Below, piece by piece: positions 1 through 11,315 of a stretch of 64,000 nt of DNA. Source of the DNA: Octopus vulgaris (taxonomy: Eukaryota); assembly GCA_951406725.2 (NCBI GenBank), contig OX597816.1, positions 60,450,001-60,514,000 on the forward strand. The letters are read 5' to 3'. A program made the position numbers and the translations under genes. The notes under the pieces were generated by a model. It saw nothing but the letters and a program-made list of their open reading frames with translations. It was not told the DNA's origin and made no database searches. How positions within the stretch are numbered: the first letter of the stretch is position 1; each line of letters begins with the position of its first letter.

Positions 1-328
1 TGACATTATTCTTAAATTTGACTTAAGACAACATAGTTTCAAGAAGGAATTTTTATTATATCTTCATAGCTTACAGAAGGAAAGGCAATGTTCGTGACTC
101 TTTAACGGGGCCCCAGAGATTAATGGGAAAACTGGAGGAAGTTAGATTCAAACCGAGAATCTCACCTGCCTGCTTGAAACAGATGGTGGTGGGGCTTCAC
201 TAAGGACAGTCTAGAGTAAGATGATAAACCTATCAGCCACGATCGGGAACTGTCCCTCTGACTGGTTACAGATTCCGTCTCTCAAGTTTCCCTCACAAGA
301 CGTCGCCGGTTGATGTGAACCTACAGTA

Positions 329-715
329 GACATTTGCCCAGTATAACATACAGTGGGATCGAACTCGAAAAGATATAGTCATAGAGTCGCGAGAAAACAT
401 ATAACCTACACAACCATGTCTGCTCACTGCAGTCGATTGACAATATTACCGCTACATTTATCACTACCGCGTTATGATTTGGACTCAAAATGTACCATAT
501 TTTCCTGCGTAAAAGTTGTGTGTGTGTGTGTGTGTGTGTGTTTGCGTTTGTATTTGCGCCAGATGCTGGTTTGTCTCGGACAAAAATATCGATGGAATAA
601 CCACTAGACTTTATAAAAAATAAGTACGGTGGGCGATTTATTCGACTAAATTATTCATCTTGGTGTCCCAGCATGGGCGCAATCTAATGACTAAAACAAG
701 TTAAAGATAAAATTT
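329..715. mobile_element. Degenerate SINE family B fragments (head on -, about 329-425; tail on +, about 560-715) around a (GT)n tract
   Basis: 560-715 resembles the tail of the full copy at 34701-35113 (ccagcatgg...aatgactaaaacaag); 329-425 resembles its reverse-complement head. Confidence 0.55.
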
Positions 716-1174
716 AAAAGAAGGATAGATTGACAGGCAATACATTTAAGAATATATTATTCAAATGATCTAAGATAGTAGAGACTTGATTTGAGGGAGA
801 TTTGCTATCTTGTAGAATCACTCCGTAACACAACAGTTAAAATATTGTTGGTCTACTTGTGTTAGTTCGGCAGGGAAGTGTTTTGCCGACTGAATTGGAC
901 ATCAATGATTGATGGAAACAATATTGGTCTTTGATCAGCTGACCTATTACGTCATTAACTGCGCTACATGATCACTTCCGCTATAGTGTGAGAAATTAAC
1001 AGCTGATAAATTTCATACCTAACGATCCAATATAACTGATTACGTCACTGGAATCTCCTCGCTTTCACAAGATTTGTTTTTTGTTTGTTATCACAATAGT
1101 AAGTCGTTGCTGCATCTGGTTATGACATCACATAGTAACCGTTAACTAGAAAACTGCATGTGTATGACTTATTC

Positions 1175-1546
1175 CCCCCTCTCTCTCACACACTCTCTCT
1201 CAATCCTTTCTCCCACTCTATCCTTCGCTCTCTTTCACCCCCTCTCTCTATTTCCCTCCTCTCAATCACATTTTCTTTCTCCCTCTCCCTCTATTTCTCC
1301 CTTCCCTTCTCTCTCTCTCTCTTTCTCCCCCTCATTCACTCCCTTTCTGCCTCAACTCTCTTACTCTCTTTTCACTTCCCTCTTTCACTCTTTTACTCCT
1401 TCCACCTCTTTCACCAGCTTTCTCCCTCTCACTCTTTCCCTTTCTTTCTACCGCTCCCTCTATTCCTTTCTTCCTACCTCTCCGTCTCCTACTTTGAGTT
1501 TCTTTCTCCCCCATTCACTCTCATTCTCATTCTCTTTCTTTCTCCC

Positions 1547-1603
<57 letters not shown>

Positions 1604-1640
1604 CCCTCTTTTACTCTCTTACTCCCTCTCCATCCTCTCG
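1175..1640. repeat. Polypyrimidine low-complexity tract with pure (CT)n core at about 1550-1597
   Basis: Almost only C/T on the + strand. Confidence 0.95.
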
Positions 1641-1674
1641 ACTAGTAAATATAAATAACAAAAGGATATTTTAT

Positions 1675-1885
1675 TTTTTATCTTTTGCTTGTTTCAATCA
1701 CTAGACTGCGGCCATGCTGGGGCACCACTCTGAAGAAACATTCTAGACTAATGAATTGACCCCACTACTTATTTCTATGCTAAGTCTGGTACTTATTGTA
1801 TTGGTCTCTTTTGCCGAACTGCTAAGTTACGGTGATGCAAACATGCCAATACCAGTTGAAAAGTGGTGTTGGAAGACAAACACAC
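1675..1885 (-). mobile_element. SINE family B 3' half
   Basis: cttgtttcaatcactagactgcggccatgctggggcacc...ttttgccgaactgctaagttacgg is the reverse complement of the family B tail. Confidence 0.75.
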
Positions 1886-2379
1886 ACACAAACACACAAA
1901 ACATATACACTTACACACACACAAGCACACACACATAGATGTTGCACACACATTAATAAATACGCTAAATTCATGCTTACATAGATACATACATATTTAT
2001 GCAGTTTATTTAGACTGAATGTTTGTCTTACAATTCGAGTTTCATGCCACTGCAATCGCCAGGCAAGAACGTTAACAACAGCGTGTGGCAGTTCAATTAT
2101 ATCCCTTAGTTTCTTGTTGGTTCTGCTCTTTGATTTGGTTTTAGCATTTATTGATTGGCTGGTGTCATTGTTCCTCTTCATAATTTGCTTGTGACGTGGT
2201 GTTATCTATCCTTGAATTTGTTGGCGAGGCGCACGTTTTTAAATTTGTATTGTTATATTTAATTACGAAGCCAGTTTTCTGAAATCAATCTAATTAAGGC
2301 TGATTGCTTTTGGGCCGAGTTTGTTTGTCGATTGGAATGGGGGTGAATCCCTCTAGCACACCAATAGCTTGGTGTGCTT

Positions 2380-2640
2380 AAGGCAGCGAGCCGGCAGAAA
2401 CGTTAGCACGCCGGGCAAAATGCTTAGCAGTATTTCGTCTGCCCCTACGTTCTGAGTTCAAATTCCGCCGAGGTCGACTTTGCCTTTCATACTTTCGGGG
2501 TCGATAAATTAAATACCAGTTACGCACTGGGGTTTATGTAATCGACTTAATCCGTTTGTCTGTCCTTCTTTGTCTCCTCTGTGTTTAGCCCTTGTGGGTA
2601 GTAAAGAAACAGGTATTTCGTCTGTTATTACGTTCTGAGT
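2380..2640 (+). mobile_element. SINE family A (tRNA-derived head, Nin/Deu-like central block, Tx1-like tail) followed by a partial second copy
   Basis: aaggcagcgagccggcagaaacgttagcacgccggg...gagttcaaattcc (B box)...gtcgactttgcctttcat...gtcgataaattaaataccag; more than 15 copies in the window. Confidence 0.85.
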
Positions 2641-2760
2641 TTAAGTCGAACAAATCTACCCCAGGAGTTATTCTTTGTAAGCCTAGTACGTATTCTATCG
2701 GCATTTTTATCGAACCGGTAAGTCACGCGATGGTGGAGAGACAAACACAGATGCACAAAC

Positions 2761-2765
<5 letters not shown>

Positions 2766-2826
<61 letters not shown>

Positions 2827-2839
2827 ACATATATATATG

Positions 2840-2924
<85 letters not shown>
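2766..2924. repeat. Compound (GT)n/(TA)n microsatellite
   Basis: Direct reading. Confidence 0.95.
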
Positions 2925-2982
2925 TTGTAAAAAAGAAGTTTGAAAACGCCACTATATTAGATAAATTTTAATTTTCTTATGA

Positions 2983-3027
2983 ATTTTACATGTTTCGGTT
3001 CTTGAAAAAACGAACCTTATCAAAAAT
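2983..3027 (-). ncRNA. Minimal type I hammerhead-like motif with U3:A8 core
   Basis: Minus strand: auuu-UUGAUAA-GGUUC-guuuuuucaa-GAACC-GAAA-CAUG-UA^-aaau; 5-bp helix II, palindromic helix III ACAUGU, weak 4-bp helix I. Confidence 0.5.
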
Positions 3028-3504
3028 ATTATAAAAAGTGGAAATTGAAAAGTTCATAATCGTTTCTTACTGTTCTCAATAGAATCCATGTGGTGGTGTT
3101 TTGTCGGTAGTTGGTATAATCGCTATATTACTGTTGAGTGTAGTGAAGAAGTCCATTATCGTTTCTTGCTGGTATCAAAAGGAACCGCTTTTTTGTTACC
3201 TTGTGTTCCAATGGTAGCAACAGTAGTGATTGTTGGCCGTAGTAGTTGGTCGTAATTTTGGCAACCTTGGTGGTGGTTGGGGTTAGTAGTAGAGGACTGT
3301 TGATCGTAGCAGCAATAGTGGTGGGTTCACTAGCACTGTTCACTGACGTCACATAATTCCATATATATATATATATACACGACGGGCTTCTTTCAGTTTC
3401 CGTTAAATCTTTTTATCTTAGTAGTGAATGCGCTGAAAGTTTGATGCTAGTATCACCAGCACCATCATCATCATCATCATCATCACCATTACTACTACTA
3501 CTCA

Positions 3505-3740
3505 TCATCATCATTGTTCGACCGTGGTCGAGACAATGGAATTTACTATGTTACGCCAGACTTCACGGTCCATCATAGCATTACGGGGGTCCTGTTGCTG
3601 GATGCCTGTATCCCTGGAGATTACATCAGGGTAGGAGAGTGTGCGCCCTCTGGTATTGCGAGTAGATGGCTTCCAGAGGAGAAGAGTAGAAATTACTTCT
3701 TTTTCAGCTCTACAACAATGTCCAGCAAACTGGACTCTCC
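3505..3740 (-). mobile_element. 3' end of an RTE-like LINE with (TGA)n tail
   Basis: Minus strand ends ...AMMDREVWRNIVNSIVSTTVEQ followed by tgatgatg, similar to the DRxxWR C-terminus of RTE-clade ORFs. Confidence 0.55.
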
Positions 3741-3780
3741 TACTACTACTACTACTACTACTACTACTCCTACTCCTACA

Positions 3781-3817
<37 letters not shown>

Positions 3818-4334
3818 GCTGTGGAACAGGCACGTGGATTTCAGTTATTATTGTTGTTTTCGTCCCGTGTTACAGCTTTGCGTGCAGATTTTTGTTGTAC
3901 TAACTTGTCAATAAGAACATTATTTTCATTATTATACTCCTTACAGCAGTACCACTCCTTCTATTTATGAGGACAAGGGCCAGATAAAGAACAGAGGGGA
4001 CCGGCTATGCTTGTCACAAATAAAAATCAAAGAAAACAACTTAAAAATGCTACAGGAAAAGCCTGAAGAGTGGAACACCGCAGGTGAAAGGAAGAGCTTT
4101 CTAGTAAGGAACCAATTTCCTTTGAAAGAAGGCCTATCTTTAGTGGAGAGGAGTCTGTCTTGTGAAAGTAAGCTCACCTTAAGTGATGTAGACTTGGAAT
4201 TAATTTCACAGCTAGAAAAAAATACAATAGTGAACGAATAGGAAATGTGCAGGAATGGTTCAAACGAAGAGCTGGCCGCATTGGAGTTAGGATCGAATAA
4301 CAGCAAAAACTATAACAAGAAAACTCCCAACCAC

Positions 4335-4625
4335 GTAGTTTTGGGTTCAGTCACACTGCTTGGCAATTTGGGCATGTGTTTTCTACTATAGCCCCAAGTC
4401 GTCCAAAGTCTTGTGGATTTGGTAGACGGAAACTGTATGGAAGCCCATCGTACATATATATATATATATGTATATATATTATTCTATGTGTGTTTGTGTG
4501 TGTGTGTGCTTGTGTCTGCCTTCCCACCACTTGACAACCGATGTTGCTTTGTTTACGTCTCTGTAACATCAGTTCGACGACAGAGGACGATAGAATAGGT
4601 ACCAATCTAGAAATAAAACTAAATA
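4335..4625 (+). mobile_element. SINE family B, degenerate, with internal (TA)/(TG) microsatellite
   Basis: gggttcagtcacactgcttggcaatttgggc...ttggtagacggaaactg...ttgacaaccgatgttgc. Confidence 0.75.
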
Positions 4626-4630
4626 ATAAT

Positions 4631-4681
<51 letters not shown>

Positions 4682-4911
4682 TATAAGGATGAGATCGTTA
4701 TTTAAATACCGATCTTATCAGGTGGCCAACATGGGAATAAAACCTTCAAAGGTAATAATTATTATTAAAATTATAATTTAGGGTATCTGAGAGATACCAC
4801 CACGCTGGAAATAGCAGCCAAAACTTGACTCTAAAACGACATTAAATGTTCATACAGCACCAGGAGAGAAGACTAGAAACAAAATAAACTAGCAAAAACA
4901 ATTACTGGATA

Positions 4912-4970
4912 ATTCCAGATCCCGGATTTCTGACTTTGCATAAGAAATGCTCTGCCTTCATCAGTGGAAT
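4912..4970 (-). ncRNA. Type I hammerhead ribozyme motif (left arm)
   Basis: Minus strand: auucca-CUGAUGA-aggcagagcauuucuuaugcaaaguca-GAAA-uccggga-UC^-uggaau; 6-bp helix I. Confidence 0.7.
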
Positions 4971-4991
4971 ATACTCAAATAGCACATAAAT

Positions 4992-5060
<69 letters not shown>

Positions 5061-5158
5061 ACATGCGAATGCTTACATATACGAGCGTATACATACATAT
5101 ATATGTATTCGTATGTTGTATATATATATATGTCTGTATTTATGTGCTATCTGAGTAT

Positions 5159-5217
5159 ATTCCACTGATGAAGGGAGAGCATTTCTTATGCAAAGTCAGA
5201 AATCCGGGATCTGGAAT
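5159..5217 (+). ncRNA. Type I hammerhead ribozyme motif (right arm)
   Basis: attcca-CTGATGA(5165-5171)-agggagagcatttcttatgcaaagtca-GAAA-tccggga-TC^(5211)-tggaat; helix II weaker than in the left copy. Confidence 0.65.
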
Positions 5218-5734
5218 TATCCAGTAATTGTTTTTGCTAGTTTATTTTGTCTCTTTGTCTTCTCTCCTGGTGCTGTATGAACATTTTATGTGTTTTAGAG
5301 TCAAGTTTTGGCTGCTATTTCCAGAGTGGTGGTATCTCTTAGATACCCTAAATTATAATTTGTATATATAAAGCAAGCTGGCAGAATTGTCAGCAAGCTG
5401 GGGCAATGGTTAACGTCATTTCGTCCATCTTTATGTCCTGAGTTCAAATTCCGCCGAGGTCGACTTTGCTTTTCATCCTTTCCGGTTCGATAAAATAAGT
5501 GCTAGGTAATCGACTTATAGCGTGATGCATGCATATCTAATATTCATTCTAACAATTACGACGACAAGAATTCCAGTTGACCCGATCAACGGGACAGCCT
5601 GCTCGTGAAACTAACACTCCACAGACACGCCTATCCTTCCTAGGGGGATTCAGCGTGATACAGAATGTGACAAGGCCGATATATGTTCGTGCGTGTATAC
5701 ATGCATATGTACATACATATATACATGCACACAT

Positions 5735-5925
5735 ACATAGTTGGGGCACTGGGATATGTAACCAGACAGGAGAACGCTGGTTCGATGACTACACATCACT
5801 GGAACTGAAAAAAATCTGTAAAACTTTCCAGACGTTTATCATTTAAGTATATATGAGTATGTCTAGATTTGCAAGTTTTTTGTATGAGAAAACATACATA
5901 AAACAAAACATACAAATCTGCACGT
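5735..5925 (+). mobile_element. 3' end remnant of an RLE-type (R4/Dong-like) LINE between (TACA)n tracts
   Basis: atagttggggcactgggatatgta reads IVGALGYV and aaaatctgtaaaactttc reads KICKTF, like the C-terminus of RLE-LINE ORFs; TACA repeats on both sides. Confidence 0.45.
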
Positions 5926-6028
5926 ATACATACATACATACATACATACATACATACATACATACATACATACATACATACATACATACATACATAAATA
6001 CATACATACATAAATACATACATACATA

Positions 6029-6340
6029 CAAAAGTGCTCTGTTGGTGTTGTTGAAATTCCAATGAAGGAGTCTTGGATCTAGGTTAGAAACCATCTCTTT
6101 ATTGGCAAACAATCTTGAAATAAAATTAAATAATGACACACGTACATACATACATACAAAAATTCTCTGTTGATGTTATTGAAATTCCATTGAAGGAGTC
6201 TTGGATCTAGGTTAGAAACCAGTTCTTTCTCTATTGGCAAGAAATCTTGAAATAAAACTGAATAATGACATACATACATACATACATACATACATACATA
6301 CATACATACATACATACATACATACATACATACATGCATA
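6029..6340 (+). repeat. Two diverged copies of a 110-bp unit (6029-6140, 6157-6270), each ending in AATAAA and (TACA)n
   Basis: ctctgttg...gaaattcca.tgaaggagtcttggatctaggttagaaacca...tcttgaaataaaa..aataatgaca occurs twice. Confidence 0.85.
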
Positions 6341-7176
6341 CATACGCACGCACGCACACTTACCAGCCTGTACAAAGGGACTATAAATAGCATCATAGTC
6401 TATCGACAAGTAAATAAACAAGATCCAGAAAGTCACTGAAATGCAACAATGCCGTTGAATTTGTGATCAACGAACTGGTAATTCAATATATATCCTCCTT
6501 CTAATTAAGAAACCACTTACCTATCGTCACCTCATCATTACCTGACATTTTCAACGTGTTTCTTTGACATGCTAGAAATAGCAGCTAAATCTCCCTCAAC
6601 TCACTCTAAACGGGGAATGGCATTTGATAATGTAGTTTTGTATGTATTATATCTGAAAATATTGATTGGTCAGTCAAGGCTGGCATGCCTTCGATTCTAG
6701 CAGCCTGATCAGAGCTGATCTAGCTCTAAATAACAAGTTAACAAGAGAGCCTCTATATGGTCGTATGCCCAGTTAGAAATGGCTGCCAAATTTCTATCAA
6801 ATTCCACCCTTCTATTTTGAAAGAAGAAAGATCCCGTTGGATAATCTAACCTCTATAACACTTTTGATAAGGAAAGACAGGATTGCTATATTTGGATCAT
6901 CATTGATCATGGACTTGCTAGATCAGCTCTGACCCGGGGGACACACAGCCACATACAACTATTCTACTTTTAGTTTAGGCTTGAATCAAGATTGATTTTA
7001 GACTTAAATGATATCAAAGGAAAATAGCTCGAAGAACCCTTTTTGCATTGTAAACACAGATAGAGCAAGATCTCACAAATGTAATGTAGTGATGTCAAAA
7101 GCTTTAGCCAGCATCATTTATCCAAGCAATTTGTTAACAAAGCTTCATTCTGTTAGTGTTTAATATATCTAAAAGC

Positions 7177-7830
7177 AAGGCAGCGAACTGGTAGATTCGT
7201 TGGCACACCGGACAAAATGTTTAGCAGCATTTCGTCCGTCTCTACATTCTCAGTTCAAATTCTGCCGAGGTCAGCTTTGCCTTTCATCCTTTCGGAGTCG
7301 ATAAGATAAATATCAGTTGAGCACTGGGTCGATGTAATCGATTTACCCGTTCCCCGAAATTGCTGGTCTTGGGTCAAAATTAGAAACCAATATATCTACA
7401 AGCAAGGCTGCGAGATGGTAGAATCGTTTGCGCACCGGGCAAAAAATGTTATCAGCATTTCTTCCAGCCTTACGTTCTGAGTTTAAATTCTTTCATCCTT
7501 TTGAGATAGGTAAAATAAGTACCAGTTGAGTTCTAATTTCGATATAATCGACTACCCTCCACCCCACAATTTCAGGCCTTATGCCTATAGTAGAAAGAAT
7601 GTTTCTAAAAGCATAGTAGCGAGATGGCAGAATCCTTAACACGCCAGTCTAAATGCTCAGTGGCATTTCTTTGGTCGTGATTTTCTGAGTTCAAATGATG
7701 CCGAGATTGACTTTGCCTTCCATCTTTTGGGGGTTGTTAAAATAAGTAAAAGTTGGGCACTGGGGTTAATGTAGCCAACTTACCTCGTCCTCTAAAATTG
7801 CTGGCCTTATGACATAATTTGAAGCTAATA
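7177..7830 (+). mobile_element. Three consecutive diverged SINE A copies
   Basis: Heads at about 7177, 7404 and 7615, each preceded by a tcta(a/c)aagca motif. Confidence 0.8.
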
Positions 7831-8377
7831 CGTTTAAAAAGCAAAGGAAACAGCACCTATGAAATCATTTAATAGTGATTTGTGGCTAACTCAGATAACA
7901 CTGATTAGAATGGATCCAGCTTTAAAAGAAATTGGTAAAAATTATTTCACAATTTAGATTTAAAGGCGACTGTTTCAATACTATTAAATACTATCAGTGA
8001 AGCATATTCAATGTAGTTGACAAGACTTAGAAGCATATATAGAAATGCAAGAAATATTGTGACAAACATTATAATTACCAGCATTGTGGCAGGGGGGAAA
8101 TATTTTAGGGACGCTTATTGCATACTAAATACAAATACAATTGGGTCATACCCATTTAATGTAGCGAGTGAGTTAATAAACTTGAAAATTGAGATTATGC
8201 AAGTAATGAGTGAACAAAAGCTCTTTCCAGGGGTACTCTTTACTCCCTCTCTTTTACTTGTTTCATTCATTTGACTGTGGCCATGCCGGAGCACCGCCTT
8301 TTTTTTTTTAAAAAAAAGCAGGGAAAATAAAATCAATTTAGGTTAACTGAGCGAGATTTTTAGACAACATAGAGACA

Positions 8378-8590
8378 AGGGCGACGAGCTAGCAGACTCG
8401 TCAGCACGCCGATCAAAATGCTAAGCAACATTTCTTCCGACTTTACAATCTTAGTTCAAATTCTGCCGAGAACGACTTTGCCTTTCATACTTTCCGGGTC
8501 GGTGAAAATAATCATTAGTCGAGCACTGAGGTCAATGTAATCGACTATAATAGCTCGAGATTGATAATTTTGTGTCTATAGTAGAGAGAA
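8378..8590 (+). mobile_element. SINE family A copy
   Basis: ggcgacgagctagcagactcgtcagcacgccg...agttcaaattctgccgagaacgactttgcctttcat. Confidence 0.8.
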
Positions 8591-9014
8591 TATAAAAGCA
8601 AGGCAGATTGGAATTGATCTGGTCTTTATCACTGATTTTACATTTGTGAAACGCTACCGTATTTAAATCATGTTTTCACTAAATTACAAGTAAACGTTGG
8701 TTCACAATATTGGAAGTTCACTTCCAAAGTATTCCTCGACCTCTCTTGTTTCTAAGCAATTCTTTATTTCTCTAAGTTACCTTAGGCCTGGCAAGTACGA
8801 ATAAAAACTATGCTTCGCTGAAAAGGAATGAGGGTATACTAAATAACTTATATGGAAAATTCTCTGTTGAAATTATCTCCGTTTCCAAGAGACGGTAGAC
8901 AATCGCTTAATGGCAATTGGAACCAACTCCAGATGGGAAGAGAAGAAGGTCCTAGGGAGCCAGGGTACTCCAAAATTGACATGCCATTAGAAAAAAACAC
9001 TACAACCAAGTTGT

Positions 9015-9625
9015 CTTATTTCTTTATTGTCTACAAGGGGCTACACACTGAGGGAACAAACGACAGACACACGGATTAAGTCGATTATATCGATCCCAGT
9101 GCGTAACTGGTACATATTTAATCGATCCCGAAAAGCACGAAAGGAAAAGTCGACCTTGGCGGAATTTGAACTCAGAACGTAGCGGCAGACGAAATACCCA
9201 TTTCTTTATTACCCACAAGGAGCTAAACATAGAAGGGACAAACAAGGACAGACAAACGGATTAAGTCGATTACATCGACCCCAGTGCGTAACTGGTACTT
9301 AATTTATCGACCCTGAAAATATGAAAGGCAAAGTCGACCTCGGCGGAATTTGAACTCAGAACGTAACGGCAGACGAAATACCGCAAAGCATTTCGCCCGG
9401 CGTGCTAACGTTTCTTATTTCTTTATTGCCCACAAGGGGCTAAACATAGAGGGGACAAACTGATTAAGTCGATTACATCGACCCCAGTGCGTAACTGGTA
9501 CTTAATTTATCGACCCTGAAAAGATGAAAGGCAAAGTCGACCTCGGCGGAATTTGAACTCAGAACGTAACGGCAGACGAAATACCGCAAAGCATTTCGCC
9601 CGGCGTGCTAACGTTTCTGCCAGCT
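9015..9625 (-). mobile_element. Head-to-tail trimer of SINE family A
   Basis: Three similar units (9015-9200, 9201-9413, 9414-9625), each with gtcgacct(c/t)ggcggaatttgaactcagaacgta. Confidence 0.9.
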
Positions 9626-10142
9626 CTGTCTGGACAGCTGCGAACACCTGTTTTTGCCTCAATAGGCAGATGCTTAGACATATACAAAAAGATCTAGTAC
9701 AGAGAGACAACAGGGTAACGCCGTTAGTTGGAGAGGTTTGAAAGGTGAAAGGGGAGGGTAAAGTGTAGTGTCAGAAAGAAATAGGGGACGCTAAGCTAAG
9801 AGAAGATAATATGAGTGAGTTAAAGCACTTGTGAACATGACAGGAGTGAACACGTAGAAGACAAAGAGACAATTGAGAAACAAAAAGCCAAAACTGAAAA
9901 ATGAAAGAATTGAAAGAATTGAAAATATGGAAAAAAATGACTAAAAGTTGAGATAGTATGAAAGGGTGAGATTTTAATAGATTACATGAACTGTAAAGAG
10001 ACCCTCGGAAATCGTTTAAAATTCTAGAAAGTTTTTCAGAAAATTTCAAAAATTTCTCAAAATTTTTCAAAACTTTCCCCAAAAGTCTCTGGGACAATAC
10101 AAAAATTGTCACGGTCTGACGGTTTTAAGATAGATAGATAGA

Positions 10143-10429
10143 TAACTTTCTTTATGGGCCACACAAGGCTGAACACAGAGGGGACAAATACAAATGTAGA
10201 GCTATTTTTTTCGAAGACGGAAAAGAAAAAGGAAAAATAGGAAACAAATGTAAAATTCCGATCAAAAGGGATCGGAAAAAAAAAGGCGATCAAAAGGGAT
10301 CGTGTATCACAGAAAAATTTTTTATTAAAAAGTAAGAAACAAGATTAGGTTCATCCGTGGAAAGAAAAGCCTACAGAAAAGACCACGGTAACCTCGGGCA
10401 GAGAGAAAATAAACACATGAAAACAAAGT

Positions 10430-10466
<37 letters not shown>

Positions 10467-10768
10467 ATCTCTCTCTCTCTCTCTATTTTACGATTTACAG
10501 GATCATGCTCAAAGTGGTTTCGTCACTCGCACGCACCATCTTTGCTACATTCACCCACCTTTTTTGAAACTTTCACCAGACAAAACCTGCCTCTCCATAC
10601 TCACCTTCCTTTTCAAGTGGCACTTGAAAAAGTTGATCAGCGATTGGCCAGAGAGGTAGGTGTTTGTCTCTAATTCTTTTGCTCGAGTCCACCACACACA
10701 TTCTTTCACCAGTATGATGTAAAGTGCCTTGCCTTCCCGGTTGAGGGAAGGGGGCATAGCAATTTTCA
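10143..10768 (-). mobile_element. 5'-truncated Tx1-type LINE (ORF2 C-terminus and 3' UTR) inside (GATA)n
   Basis: KECVWWTRAKELETNTYLSGQSLINFFKCHLKRKV matches the ORF2 end at about 24060-24180; (GATA)n at 10128-10143 and 10770-10865. Confidence 0.9.
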
Positions 10769-10786
10769 CGATAGATAGATAGTTAT

Positions 10787-10866
<80 letters not shown>

Positions 10867-10993
10867 GTGGATGAATACATCAGCACAAAATCAAGAGAAT
10901 ACTTTTAATTTATGTATTTATTTATTTATTGTATATGTCAAATTACTGTCTTTGGAAACATAATTTCAATAAATCAAGAATTTATCTCGTATT

Positions 10994-11039
<46 letters not shown>

Positions 11040-11117
11040 TGTTCTGGCACGTGTTGGATACAGTGTGTAGTGAGTGTGAATATGTGGCTGAGCGTATGTT
11101 TGTATGTATGTATGTAT

Positions 11118-11175
<58 letters not shown>

Positions 11176-11315
11176 CGGAGATGTACTCGCATAGCAAGTA
11201 ATTTGATCTGAGATCGTGTGCTGAAACGAAAACAATTGCAGCGTGGAAGGTGTTTATAAGCTATTTAAGAAACACACAAAAGCCGTTCGATTCACTCCAA
11301 CATTTAAGTTCAATT

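Larger units (their letters stand above)
4768..5361. repeat. Foldback: about 227-bp inverted arms (4768-4994 and 5135-5361) around a (TA)-rich spacer; Penelope pLTR-like
   Basis: aaattataatttagggtatct... on the left is the reverse complement of ...agataccctaaattataattt on the right; arms match throughout with few substitutions. Confidence 0.95.

Noticed and set aside
1158-1658. ORFs rich in Ser/Leu/Phe, and the similar [12 protein letters not shown], poly-I, poly-K and poly-E ORFs across the window
   Set aside because: They are stop-free translations of microsatellites and low-complexity tracts
3965-4320. Purine-rich segment with a 76-aa ORF (LSDVDLELI)
   Set aside because: Could be a LINE N-terminal remnant or an exon, but has no diagnostic motif or convincing splice sites
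9630-10135. Possible second Helitron on the minus strand starting TCTATCTTAAAACCG
   Set aside because: The start overlaps a (GATA)n tract and no 3' hairpin with CTRR was found
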